DNA of 64,000 nt from Felis catus. Lineage: Eukaryota. Position 1 is the stretch's first letter. Every line of letters starts with the position of its first letter. Positions 50,033 through 63,160 of the stretch are shown here, in pieces. The position numbers and the translations under genes were made by a program. The DNA lies in assembly GCF_018350175.1 (NCBI RefSeq), contig NC_058373.1:111416001-111480000 (forward strand). The letters run 5' to 3'. The notes under the pieces were generated by a model that ran no database searches, was not told where the DNA came from, and saw only the letters and a list, made by a program, of their open reading frames with translations.

Positions 50033-53000
50033 TATGGCTTGGATCCACTGTTGGACCTGGGTTTGAGTGCTTGATGGTGAATGATGATAAAGTAAAAGTT
50101 TCCTAAAAGCTTGACTAACTTTCTAGAAATATTTTGAGCAATCTTAATAGATTTATAGCCGTTTCTTTCCAGGTGGAACTAGAAACACATAGGCTTCTGA
50201 ATAGGTTAAATTTTTGTCCATTATTTTGTATTACTGCAGAGGCGTATCTATCACTTGTAGTTTCCTGGAACATCTGAGGCTTTTCAGTAATTGTGTATAT
50301 GTTTAAGGGGAACTAACTAATGAGAGATAGGATAGGAGGACAGTTAACAAATGTATGCATCAGATATCTTGCCTTCATTAGAGCCATTATTCTTGATTAA
50401 ATAGGGCTCTCTGGATATCAAATATTACATTTGGTTTGAATTTCATACTAATTGCATTTCCCCACTTTTGGTTCTTTCATATACTTAAACTTGTCATCAA
50501 AGCATAGGGTCTTGCCTTGAGCCAAATAAATGATAGTCTGTTTTACTGTAACTTTGAATACAGCCCAAATTTATCAAGTTGTTAATGGCTCTTTACATTT
50601 GAATTTTACTTTACTAAGCCATACCTGGTCACATCAATATAAAGTTAATCGTTTATTGAGTTGCCATCCTTCAAGATTCTGTCTCTGCACCCACCTCATC
50701 CCCATTCCTGAATCTTTTCTGTTTTCTTTACAGACTTAGTTTTTCTAAGATTCTAGGTACTTTTTGTCTGATATGAATATTATACTTAAAATTTTAATTC
50801 AGACTATGGATAATTAGGCCATGAATAGAGAAATAATTGGCCTCTTTATCAGCTGAGGTGAAAGAGTTAAAATGAAAGTCAAGGGTTCAGGGGATTCCTA
50901 TAGAAAAGAAGGGTGAAAAAAGCTCAATTTTAGTATCTTAAACAAAGCATTTTGATTGGCATGTAGAGACCCTTACATGCACATAAACGCCCATATTTGA
51001 ATATTTATAGAAGATAATCTGTCAAAATTACTGTTATTTTAATTTGCCAAGCTTGGCTGATTGCTGCAGTTGGATGTTAGTTGAATTCTAGATGAGGAAC
51101 TGTAAATATGATCTGGTGTGGAACATGCTTTTTTTCTTGAAGCTGTTTGAGTATCTCCCCCTCCCCACTTTTCTTTTTTTACAGTGGGCCTTTTTGTGTA
51201 GCTGAATTTCCATGTTCTTTTTTAGGGGAAAAAAATTAAAGTGGTGTGAGAACAGTAAATAATAAAAAATTTTTTTTAGTTAGAAAAAAAATTATTCACA
51301 TTTGGTGATCAGGAATTATTTAAATGGTTTAAACTATTTGTCCAGTCTTCAAAGGAGCTATCTCTAGAGATTTCAAACCTAGGGTCATGTGTCTCATTTG
51401 AATGGCCTATGAGGTTTTATGTGAGATATATTTCATGTTAACAACAAAGAAAATGTGTAATTGTAGATAATTAATGTTACCCCTTTCTTTTGTCTCATTT
51501 TGAACAGTGATAATTTTAGTGACCCAGATTCAAGTAATAATATCTTCCTTTTGGAAATACCATGTGGTTTTGTACGCTTGTGTTCTAGTGGAAGGAAGGT
51601 AAGCCATTTTTCACAGTTAATACTGGAATAACTTTGTTAATAAAATTTTTGTCTTTAAAAGTGAGAAAATCCTTTTCTCATTAGGCAATATCCCTTCACC
51701 CAGAAAACACTATATTATTGATGGTGTATTACTATTTCTCAAAAGATTGTACTGAGACTACACTATTTCAGCTTTGGAGGTAATCAGTGACTTTCTAAAA
51801 ATCATGTGACTTTTTTGGAGCAGGAGTACATTCTGTGCTCTGCTAGGCTCTCTTGTCTCTTTCACATAGCTATTTTCACCTGGATAGTTTATTTTTACAT
51901 ATATAAACCACTTGACATGACTAGAGAGTCTTAATTTTTCTTTTTGCTTTTGATGTTTTCATTTCTTTGTCTCTTATGAACTGACATAATTGACTCCATT
52001 TTTATAGGTTATTACTTTAGCTAAAAATTATGCCAAGTATGAAGTCTCAGTTTTAGTTAGATATTGACTTTGTTTTGGGATTTCAGGAATGTGGGGTCTC
52101 AGCCATTTTATATTTAGCAAATTAAGAATGGAACTTTTAGAGCATTCTCTTCTGTCTTTCACAACACAAGTATCCATCTTCATTCTCATTTGACAGCTTC
52201 CTTTTGGGTTGATTAATCTTTTTTTCTAGGAGCTTTTGTATAATTTTTTAACTTGTTACTATAGTCACTTTTCCCCATGCTTTTTGTAACCATCCCCAAA
52301 TCATTTCCTGTGTGTTTCACCCTAATTCCTCATTATCCTTGTAGGAAAATTATTTGTCCAACTTTGTAGTTCTCCTTTGGCTGAAGAGCAAGATTATTAA
52401 TAATTCTTTAAGATTTTACACTTGTTCCTCATTTTGTAATGGTTCACCATCTGTTCAGTGTATTAAGAGCTCAGAAATGTCTGTTATACCTAATGCATCA
52501 CAGATGTGGAAAATAATAATAAAATAGTTACATTTATGTGAAGTGAAAGTACTGCTAATATATTCTCTTGGGTTTGGCTATTGTCACATTCTTGCTATGT
52601 TTGGGAGCTTATATGCAACGTGCTTTTAAATTTCTTAAGGTGAATTAGATATGTTTATCTTATTTAACCAGTATGCCTTTGTTTAAGTATGTTAAAACTC
52701 AGTTGAATAAAATTTAAGTCAATAATATAAAGAGTAATGAGCTGTTTTACAGTGTTATTTGGAAAAAAAAAGTAGCTGTATTTCTTGCTATCAGAATAGC
52801 AGACAACACTATAGAGTGGACTAAGATTTCCTGAGTAAATTAATTTTGATAAAGGTTGATTCCACAGAAATAGCAAATGTTGGGAATTGGCATCCAAATG
52901 TCAAATTTCACATAAAAATTTTAGTATTTTACTGATTTTTTTTTTTCCTCCAGAGGAAGAATCTGAAAACCTAAGTTTGTTTGGAGGGCATTATAATTCT

Positions 53001-53424
53001 GTTTTAGGAATTAAGAGGCAGGCTTTATTTTTCTGCAAATTAGTAAGAATACCAGTGAATTACAGTCTTTACTGGTAAATTTTTAAAAAGCCCCTAAGGA
53101 AATTTAATATTTAGGTCTTTATTTAGGAAATATTTTAGTTTGTAATAACAATGCAGGTTCTAAATGATCTCTATAATATTTGGTTATATATGTGTTTTCA
53201 TAGCTTCAGAAAGGAAGGGTGAAATAACTTTGTTAATGAAGTATATTGCTCAATAATTTGCATTTTGGTGTTACAGGGTGAACCCTATGATCAATCATAT
53301 TTTAGGTAATTTGTGTGCCTTGAGACAAATTCAAATCTCTATTTTTTTCTCTCTTCATAATAGCATAAGAGTGCTATATATATCACTTTATCCATTAGGA
53401 AAATGTGAAGGTAAAAATTGAAAA

Positions 53425-54050
53425 TGATATTTTTTGTGGTTTTTGGTCGACGTATAAGTCATCATTCTGTCCTAACAATAAGTAAAAAACTGAACAATCT
53501 GAAAAATCAGCTGACTTTTCTGAGATTTTTCATGGAGTTAAGGTCACAAGGCAAGCTGCTGTCCCCGAGTTAGCAGGCAAATACAGAGAATGACAACTTA
53601 CCCTAGCAGAACTCAGGGGCAGAAACCTCCAAGGGAACCAGTACCGGGTAGGAAAAAACCTGAAATGTAATTAACGAATTGCCAGAGGCTCAATGTGGGC
53701 AAGTGTGAAGTATAAACTCCAAGGGGACCTAGGTCTAGGAGCCCCACACTTCCATGGTTTTACCTCCAGGAACTCTACCGTGTCTTCACAGTGAATATTA
53801 GAGAAAAATGCCTTGGTACTTCTGACAGGGAAAGGGAAAGAGGAAGGCAGTCACTTTGAAATGTGCTGAGGCATTCTTTTTTTCTAAAGGAAAGGTATTT
53901 TATCAGAGCCTAACCTATTAGGGTATTATCAGAGCCTAACTGAACTGGAGGAAGGGGAATACCCAATTATAGCCTGTTTTAGCTTTCTATGTGGGAGGAA
54001 GAGAAATATCCAATTCCAGCTTCCTCTAGCCATCTTGTTTGACCTAAGGG

Positions 54051-54101
<51 letters not shown>

Positions 54102-55578
54102 TATGTGTGTATGTGTGTATGTGTATCTGGTTTGGGGGGGCGGGCAGACAGGACTGAGAAGAACTTTGAAGGTCATAACTGAGGAGCACAGGCTCCCTAA
54201 AAGACTGAGACCTAATCATAGGACTGTAGAACACTTCTACCCATAAACCTTACTACATTACTAAATGCCTATTTGCTGCAGTTCCTTTTACGCAGTGTAT
54301 CATTTTTGGCTTCCAAAAACAACAAAAAAATTACAAGGCATGCTAAAAAAGCAAAAAGCACAGTTTACAGAGACAGAGCAAGCATAAGGTTCAGACTCAA
54401 ACATAGCAGGGATATTAGAATTATTGGACCAGGAATTTAAAACAATTACGACCAACATGCCAAGGCCTCTAATGGAGAAAGTAGACAACATGCAAGAATG
54501 GATGGATAATGTAAGTAGAAAGATGGAAATTCTAAGAAAGAAAAAGAAATGCTAGAAATAAAAAAACCACTGTAACAGAAATGAAGAATGCCTTTGATGG
54601 GCTTATTAGAAGATGGAACATGGCTGAGGAAAAAGTCTCTGAGCTTGAGGATATGTCAGTAGAATCTTCTAAGATTTAAAAGCAAAGAGAAAAAAGACTG
54701 AAAAAAAATTAAAATATAACCAAAGACTGTGGGACAGTCTCAGAAGATGTAATATATACATAATGGGAATACCAGAAGTAGAGGAAGGAGAGGAACTATT
54801 TGAAGAAATAATGATGGAGTATTTCCCCAAATTAATGTCAGACTCCAAACCACAGATCTTGGAAGTTCAGAGAATACCAGGCAGGTTAAGTGTCCCCAAA
54901 ACTTCATCTAGGCATATCATATTCAAATTGGAGAAAATCAAAGAAATAGGAAATAATCTTGAAAGAAGCCAGAGGGGGAAAACACCTTATCTATATAAGA
55001 GCAAGGGTAAAAATCATATCTGACTTCTCTTCAGAAACCGTGCAAGCAAGAAGAGCGTGGAGGGAAATACTTAAAAGTGTTGAGAGAAAAACCCAACAGT
55101 CTAGAATTCTTTGTCTTACTAAATTGTCCTTAAAAGTGAAGGAGAATAAAGACTTTCTCAGTTAACAAAAATGTAGAAAATTTGTTGCTAATGGGGTTGG
55201 AGTAGCTGGAGCAGCTGTATTAACTTCAGACAAAGCAGACTTCAGAGCAAGGAAACTATTCAAGTATAAGCAGGAACATTATATAATGATAAAGGGTTTA
55301 ATTCTTTAGGAAGACATAATCCTTACTGTGGATGCACCTAACAATAAGCCATCAAAATATGTGAGGCAAGAACTGATAGAATTGCAAAGAGAAATAGATG
55401 AGTTCACTATTTTAGTTGGGTATCTCAACACTCTTCTATTAAAAAATGGACAGATCTTAGCAGACAGAAAATCAGTGAGGATATATTTGAACTCAACAGC
55501 ACCATCAATCAACCAGATATGATTGACATCTATAGATTATTTCACCCAAAAACCACTAGAATACACATTTTTCTCAAA
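53425..55578 (+). mobile_element. Old L1 (L1MC/L1M4-like) 5' half: 5' UTR, decayed ORF1, part of ORF2 endonuclease; 3'-truncated
   Basis: GIPE...FEEIMMEYFPKLM...PQILEVQRIP, SDFSSETVQARRAW (ORF1p); APNN...KYVRQELIELQREID...TILVGYLNT (endonuclease). Confidence 0.9.
54054..54126. repeat. (TG)n/(TGTA)n microsatellite in L1 5' UTR
   Basis: Direct reading. Confidence 0.95.
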
Positions 55579-56060
55579 ATAAGGATGGTATTATTCAGAA
55601 ATTTCAGAGTTCATTTTAGACTTTAATTTGTTTCCTGTAGGATTTGCTGATGCAAACAAGATCAGAAAAAAGAAAGATGAGAAACTCATTTAAAAAAAAA
55701 TACAACAAATTATCACCTGCCTCTCCTTCCTCCTCCCCCCCCCCCCCCCGCCCCATAATGTAGGGTGAGAATTTTATAGCTTCATTTTTATTGTGGTACA
55801 CATTTTTCTGGCCTCAGGTTTGGTATAATAAATGAGTGTATGTGAGTTATATACTTTTATAAATGAAGCCTACCTGGCAGTTTCTCATTTGTAAGCTACT
55901 AGGAATATTTTGTACAACTCTTCGATTCCATGTAGCGAAATTTGAAAATTACTGTGAAATATGAATCCCTCAAGGCCTGGCCAGTATTTGATAATTATTG
56001 ACCTTTGTTCCTGAATAATAGAACTCTCTAGATGTCTGACTCACTTCCTTACTTCCTTAC

Positions 56061-56063
56061 TTT

Positions 56064-56122
<59 letters not shown>
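56061..56122. repeat. (TTTC)n microsatellite
   Basis: Direct reading. Confidence 0.97.
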
Positions 56123-56819
56123 GAGTGATTTTGAGGAAGAACAGAAGCACATGATAAAGAACAGGTGAGAATTTGTAAAGGAAGAAAATATTCTAACTTG
56201 ATTTTAGGTTTTCTAGGCTAGGAGAAGACAGATACTTTGCATGATAAACTGCTGAACTTCCTCAAGGAGAGATGAAAATGACTTTAGTTTGATTTTATAT
56301 TTGAAATGGTTGATGTTTCATCCTTTTCTTACTGCTCTTGCTGTCCTTTAGAGCTATACTAGTGGGGAGCAGGAACATAGGTTTAAATTAGTGGAATGTA
56401 GGGGCATTGGGTAGAATGAAGATAAATATTTCACCTTCTTTCTTTAAATTTTAATTCTCATTCTCTGTTGCTCAAAGTGGTTTTCATGAATTGGCACCTA
56501 GTTTAAGAGGGGGCTAATTCTTAGCAAAGCTATTCTAATGACAAAAGGCATTCAGTGTTTTCCTGTTGAATTGCTGGAATAATATTGGGTTGACATCTAG
56601 TTGCATGCTAAATGCTGTGTCATTGTTATCATTTGTCTGCCTGGTAGACTCATGATAGTGACCTTACAGGGATTACTATTATAGGTATGATTTGCTAAAG
56701 GAATTAGAAATCTTACTAAAATGGATTTGGTGAAATCGTTCCCTTTTCCGTAGAAAAATCAACAAAACTGAAACAAAAATAAAACAGCACATCAAATGAA
56801 CTCTTTCCTTGGATCATAA

Positions 56820-57200
56820 GTAGTGGTTTAAGGACAAAAATCTATCAGTGTATAATCCTAGGGTTTCTGTCCTGTCTTAGCTGCTGATTTTCTGTACAAA
56901 CCTTGATCAAGTCAAATCACTTCTTACCTGAGTTTATCTTCAAAATGAAGATAGTGTCTACCTTACAAAGCAATGATACGAATTAAATGAGGAAATGTAT
57001 GCAAAGTGCTCATGTTTGACATGTAGCAAGTGTCATTTCTCTTCCTCCTTCCTTTTGGCATCAGTAATATCTGGATTCCATCTCTTGAGTTCACTGGTAA
57101 TTGATTGTGGGATCAAATTATCTTCTCTTTCCAAACCTCATTTTCCTTTAACATAAAATCATTAACACCCACTTTATAAAGTTGTGGTTGGAATTCAGTT
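56820..57200 (+). mobile_element. Two MIR relics
   Basis: tagtggtttaag...caaaatgaagatag...aattaaatgagg...aaagtgct; second core aaacctcattttcctt. Confidence 0.6.
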
Positions 57201-58629
57201 CCTGGTATAGTCTAAGAAGTTTTTGTTGAAGCTGAATGTGAATGTTAAACTGCTAAAAACTTAAATAAATATGTGAGTTTTCCTGGATAAATCTTTTGGA
57301 CACCAAATCCATTCAATATGTGGAATATATACCAAGAAGAACATAAAAAGAAAAATTTCTGGTTGTGTTTTTTTAGGGACGACTCTATAATAGTTTACTT
57401 AATTTTTGCTTAATGTGATTCATTGGGAAAGTAGGGAAATTATGGATCAAAGGATTTATTTTCACTTGACATAGCTACTTCTAGAAGGAATATTAATAGG
57501 GTAGTAAGGAAGTCAGACACTTGAATATGCCTCCTTCTTTGTTTTTATTATTTTATCTTAAGTGATGTCATTTTTAATAAGACTTCAGTATACAATAATG
57601 GTTTTGTGAGATCTTGGAAAATTAATTGGTACTGAAAATTTTCTAGTTTGTTAATTACCAGAGAAAGAATTAATTAACCAATATTAAAGTTTAGTTGGTA
57701 AAATAAGGTCGAGACTCATAAATGAATCATGTTAAATGATTTATGAATTAAATCAGTGTTGTTGAATTTAACCATGTGTTAAATCAATATTATTTCTTTG
57801 ACATAATCATAGAATAGAAATTGATATGTGTGTGGTATATCGTATTGAACTAGGGAGTTTGTATTTTTAAGGATATTATATAGTTCCATGAATTTCAGTT
57901 AGATTTGTTTGAATGTGAATCACTTTTATAAATAATTAGCAGCAAAAATACCATTGGCTTTGTATCTTGAAGCAGTTGACTTAGATTTGTATAAGTTCAG
58001 ATGAATGTAAATTGTAACTTACTTTCTTACACATTTCCCCAAAATTAGGAAATAATTTAGCATAGAGAGTGTTAATCACTTTCAAGAATTACCAGTTTAT
58101 CGTTTTTATTTGACATGCTATATTTCTTATTAGATGTTTGTTAACCACCCTGAAAATGTTACAGAAAGTAGGGAATAGTTTTGTATGCATAGTTTTTAGC
58201 TGCAAGGATAAAAATAATCAGAAAATAGAATCAAAATTGAATTGCAAAAATATTTAAGTGCAGGCAAGATTCTGCTGAGAAAGTGGAGATGAATTTGTGT
58301 GTGAATATTAAAGACATATGGATATGTTGATTATGGCTAAGTTGAAGTAATTTTGTCATAAGGCAAAGGGCTTGCAAAGTTAGAATAAATGCATGCATTA
58401 AAGGTATTGATGAAATAAAAATAAGTTGGTATCTTCAAGGGTTTGTTTTGTTTGGTTGTTATTGTGTTTGTTTTTTAAAGAAACCAGGTACATATAAAAC
58501 TGGCTGTTAATTTTTTAACTTCTTTTTTTCTTAAAATTTAATGTTAAGAACTATTAGGATTCTGTGATTATACATTTACAACGTATTATTTGGGCACGTC
58601 TGTCATAAAGTAGTATAATATTTTTGACC

Positions 58630-59128
58630 TTTTTTTATTGTGGTAAAATACATATAACATAAAATTTACCACTTAACCATTTTAAGTATGTAACTCAGTG
58701 CCATTAAGTACATTTGCACTGATGTCGAGCCATCACCACTGTGTCTCTAGAACTTTTTCATCCTCCTGAACTACTATACTCATGAGACATTAGTTCTGCA
58801 TTCCTTATATCCATTGTTCTATTTTGTCTTTATGAATTTGACTATTTTATGTCAATTTGTGTCAATTTATGTCAATTTGAATTTGACTATTCACATGAGT
58901 TGAATCCTATAATATTCATTCTTATGTGACTGACTTCTTTCACTTCACGTAGTATCCGTAGGATTCATCAGTGTTTTACCATGTATCAAAATTTCACTCT
59001 TTTTAAGATGAAATAATATTTTATTTTATGGATATGCCACATTTTGTTTATCCACTTATCAGCGGATATTTGGGTTGTTGTGACTAACGCTGTTATGAAC
59101 ATTGGTGTGCAAGTATCTGTTTAAGTGT
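58630..59128 (-). mobile_element. L1MB-type 3' UTR fragment
   Basis: ttattgtggtaaaatacatataacataaaatttacc...ccatcaccact...tatgaacattggtgtgcaagtatctgtt. Confidence 0.9.
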
Positions 59129-60716
59129 GCTAATATGTTTTTATGTATTTTTTAATATTTAACAATTTTTGTGGTAATGAAATTCTGTTTAAATGGACCA
59201 GATAAATACCTATATAATCAGTGAATATTAAATACCTATGTGTGTATTCTAAGTAGTGATGATATAAAGAATTATAAAATCATGATGCTGGTTTTGAAGA
59301 ACTTGCAATCTAATAATAATAGGGTATGTTTATAAAAATACACTGCTTGGCAGCATATACTTTTTGAAGCTGAAGAAGTATTCACCATCTAATACAACCC
59401 AAAATCCTCTCTCACTAAATTTTTGCATGTCATTCTCACCAGTTAGGAGGCAAAATACATGGCCATGATCAACATGCATATTCCATTCAAGCATATGTAT
59501 TTAACAGATGCATTTAACATTCAAGTATAAATTCTGGAGTGATACTAAAATAGAAGTTAGATCATGACATTCATCTAAACAATTCTCTCCAATGAAAACA
59601 TTCTTAGGAGTAACTTACATTTCTTTTCCCAGAGTCCCACCTTAACTCTGACCACATCTCCTGTCTCCATCCCCACCATGAGTAATTCTTTGTTGTGGAT
59701 ACATTTCTTAGGTGTGTAAACTGGCTTAAGTGTAAATGAGTAAAAGGCAGAAGGATGAACTCTGTATGTCTCCAGGTTCTTCACAGATTTGTGATTCCAA
59801 TTTTAATTTCTATAGTACTTGGATTTTCCAAATGAGAGAAAACAGAATAGGCATGTAACACCTCTAAATAAGGTTTCTCAACAGATCTACTGCATAGTAA
59901 TTTTAAAGGCCAAAATTTGATCAGATTATAAGATTTTGTTGTTTTGGTATTTCAATGGTCTTTTTCTTTCTCTCAAAACATTTTCCTGGAAAAGCAATAT
60001 AAATCTTTTATGAATTAAATCATAACTTTGCAGTTTAATTGGATTTTTAAAGTTTTTCTGTGTGTGCCAGCTGGACCTTTTGGAGAGGGTTACTACTATT
60101 TTCCCACTGAAATGTTAGAGACCAACCACCAGTTAGAGTCACATTTCCTATGGATGATGTTTTGAAGCTCAAAAGGAACTTTGAAAATTTTAAACGCAAC
60201 TGAACAGAGGTTCCAAAAGGTAATGCTGTAGTAGTATTTTCTTTTCTCTGTATCCATCTACCCAGAAGTGAGCCTGACTTGTCAGTGATAAGGACATTTT
60301 ATAGGCTCATTACTCTGCAGAGTGAAAAAAATGAAAACAGAACTAATTTCCAAGTTAAAACTTAAAAAATAGTGAAGGATGAATGAACAAGTATGATCAT
60401 CCATTCATTCATGTATGAAAGTTTACTATGTACCAGACAGTCCACTAAACATAGGATATAAAGCAATGATTGAAATAGAATCAGTCGCTCCATTTACAGA
60501 ACTTAGATTGCCTAGAACAGGGAGTGGAACATAATACACACTTAAAAAATATTTGAATAAATGAGTGTCTGTTTTGTGAAGAAGGTTTTGGAGTAAGGGG
60601 CATTTTAGTGAAGAAGTATGGAGCATCCCGTCCCATTCATTGTATTATAGACAGTTCATGTAAAAAGTGAAAAAAGGGAAACAAACCAAATACTCTATTT
60701 ATCTTTAACATTCAGG

Positions 60717-60757
<41 letters not shown>

Positions 60758-60995
60758 CATATATATATATATTTTTTTTTTAATTTTTAAAATATTTATT
60801 TTGAGAGAGAGAGTGAGCAAGTGTGAGTGGGGGAGGGACAGAGAGAGAGAGGGAGAGAGAAAGAATCCCAAGCACATTCTGTGCTGTCGGCATAGAGCCC
60901 AACAACATGGGGTTCTATCTCACGAACCATGAGATCATTACCTGAGCTGAAATCAAGAGTCGGATGCTTAACCCACTGAGCCACCTAGGTGCCCC
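60717..60995 (-). mobile_element. CAN-SINE with adjacent (GT)n(AT)n
   Basis: SINE body 60775-60995. Confidence 0.93.
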
Positions 60996-61220
60996 TGGAG
61001 GGTATATTTTTTAAATGAATAGTAACATTTTTAAATGTAATAGTAGGAAGCTATTTAATAGTAATTTTAATTTTGTTTTATAGATACTTTGAGGATATCT
61101 ACATAAGTAGATGATGGGGAACTGAGGATGCCTACATAAGTAGATGATGGAGAACTGAAAACATTCTTTAGTTTTTTTGTGTGTTTGAAAACTTAAGTTT
61201 GGATGTAGATTAAAAAAAAA

Positions 61221-61241
61221 TTTTTTTAAATGTTTATTTTT

Positions 61242-61278
<37 letters not shown>

Positions 61279-61443
61279 CAAGCAGGGGAGGGGCAGAGAG
61301 AGAGGTAGACACAAAATCTGAAGCAGGTTCCAGGCTCTGAGCCATCAGCACAGAGCCCCGTACAGGGCTCAAACCCATGAACTGCGAGATCATGACCTGA
61401 GCCGAAGTCAGACGCTTAACTGACTGAGCCACCCAGGTGCCCC
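61221..61443 (-). mobile_element. CAN-SINE
   Basis: SINE body; TSD ggat(g/a)tagat. Confidence 0.94.
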
Positions 61444-62599
61444 AAGGATATAGATATTAATAGATATTATTAGATTGAACTGCATTTTTTTATCTGAAGA
61501 TTTCTTTTTGCTTTCTTCTTTGCTTAGTAGGATTACTGATTTTCTTAATTAAGGGAGAGAATACATGTGTTTTGGGAGTCCTGGTTATTGTTGGTCAATA
61601 TTCTTAGGTTTTAAAAGTATAATAGAGCAGATTATAGGAAATTATTTTTTCATGACTATTTTCTTTCTAATTTCTTGCAGTAAGTTGTGTTTTTATCAGG
61701 ACATTAGAGAACTCATTAAAAATTCCATTGTACACGTAGATTATTCATAACAAACAAATTTTATTCGAAATACTATAGCAACTTCACTGTTTTTTATCCT
61801 CTGGAAGATCATGTCGACTCTAATTATTGAAGCTTCAAATGATAAGTGATTGAATTTGAAAACTGTTTTAGGGTCTATTTATCTTTTTAAAATAATTTTT
61901 AAATGATTATCACATTCTTGTTTAAATGATAGGTTAACATTGCTTAGGTATAAAAGAAGTATTATTCTTTTTCAAAACAAGAGTTTTGTCAGGGCACATA
62001 GTTCTTTGGACTGTGATACACCAAATTTGAGACAATTTCTTTTCTAGATGTTTAGCTATAAGTGCCATAATTGTATAAAATCTCAACACAGCATATGAAG
62101 CAAAGAGATCAAAACTGTAAACCTTAGAAGATGATTTTAAGTTCCTTTCTTTTTTTTTTACTTTTTCATTTCTGAAAAATAAGATGCCTGTTCCAGTTCA
62201 ATGAGTATGATAATATCAAATCCGGGTAGAATAGTACATCTCATCTTGTCTTCATTTTTTAAGGTGAGATGGTTTATAGAATGGAGAATAAGTCATTTTG
62301 TTAGATGTTGACTCCTTTCTAGAATAAAAATACGAATCTAGCAGTAAATCATTGTTATACTTTAAATGTTTAAAATATAAGAAAGGAATTAACAGAAACA
62401 CTGAAACAAAATTAATACCACATACATGAATGATAGATAACATTTATAATTGGTATTTTAATTATTTCATGATGACATGTATATAAATAGTATTATTTAC
62501 ATACATAAATACAATAATAATTTTGTATATGTTAGTCTAATGAAATTAATGGTTTCTCCTTTTATACATTGCCACTATGCTTAGGCTTTCCTTCATTGC

Positions 62600-62990
62600 A
62601 CTCATTTATTCATTAGTCAACAGTATTTAGTGTCTGATAGGCACTGTTCTAGGCTTTGAGTGATACCAGTCAACAAAAGAGACAAATTATTGATCTTATG
62701 AATCTTATATTCCAGTGGGGATACAGATACTAAACAAACAAATGTTTAATGATGATAAGTATTCTAGACAAAAGTAAGTACATCAGGAAAGGTGATAGGG
62801 AATGTTGGAGTGGGGAGTGTACCATTTTTATGTAGAATGGTCAGGGAAAGTTTTATTGAGAAGGTAGTACTTGAGTTGTGACCCGAATTTGATGAGGAAA
62901 GAACTATGGTGTATATTTGGGTAAGTGTGTTTCAGACAACAGGTTCAAAATCCCTGTGTTGGGTGTAGGCTCTGCATATTTTAGAACATA
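62600..62990 (-). mobile_element. L2 fragment
   Basis: ctcatttattcatt...aggcactgttctagg...cttatattccagtgggg...ggtcagggaaag. Confidence 0.8.
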
Positions 62991-63009
62991 GGAAATTAGT
63001 TGTGTAATT

Positions 63010-63160
63010 ATTTGTTTCATTTTTCCTTTCCCAGTAGATTCTGTGATCCACTAAAAAGGGGATTATCTCTCTTTTGTCATCATTGTATACTTGGCACTCA
63101 GTGTAGTGCCAAACACGTGGCAGGAGTGGGGCACTGGATAAATATGGATAAATTCATGAA
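63010..63160 (+). mobile_element. L2 3'-end relic
   Basis: tagattctgtgatcc...cattgtatacttggcactcagtgtagtgcc...ataaatat. Confidence 0.65.

Noticed and set aside
60072..60219. Exon-like segment ending AAG|gtaatg
   Set aside because: Weak acceptor and stops in all three frames.
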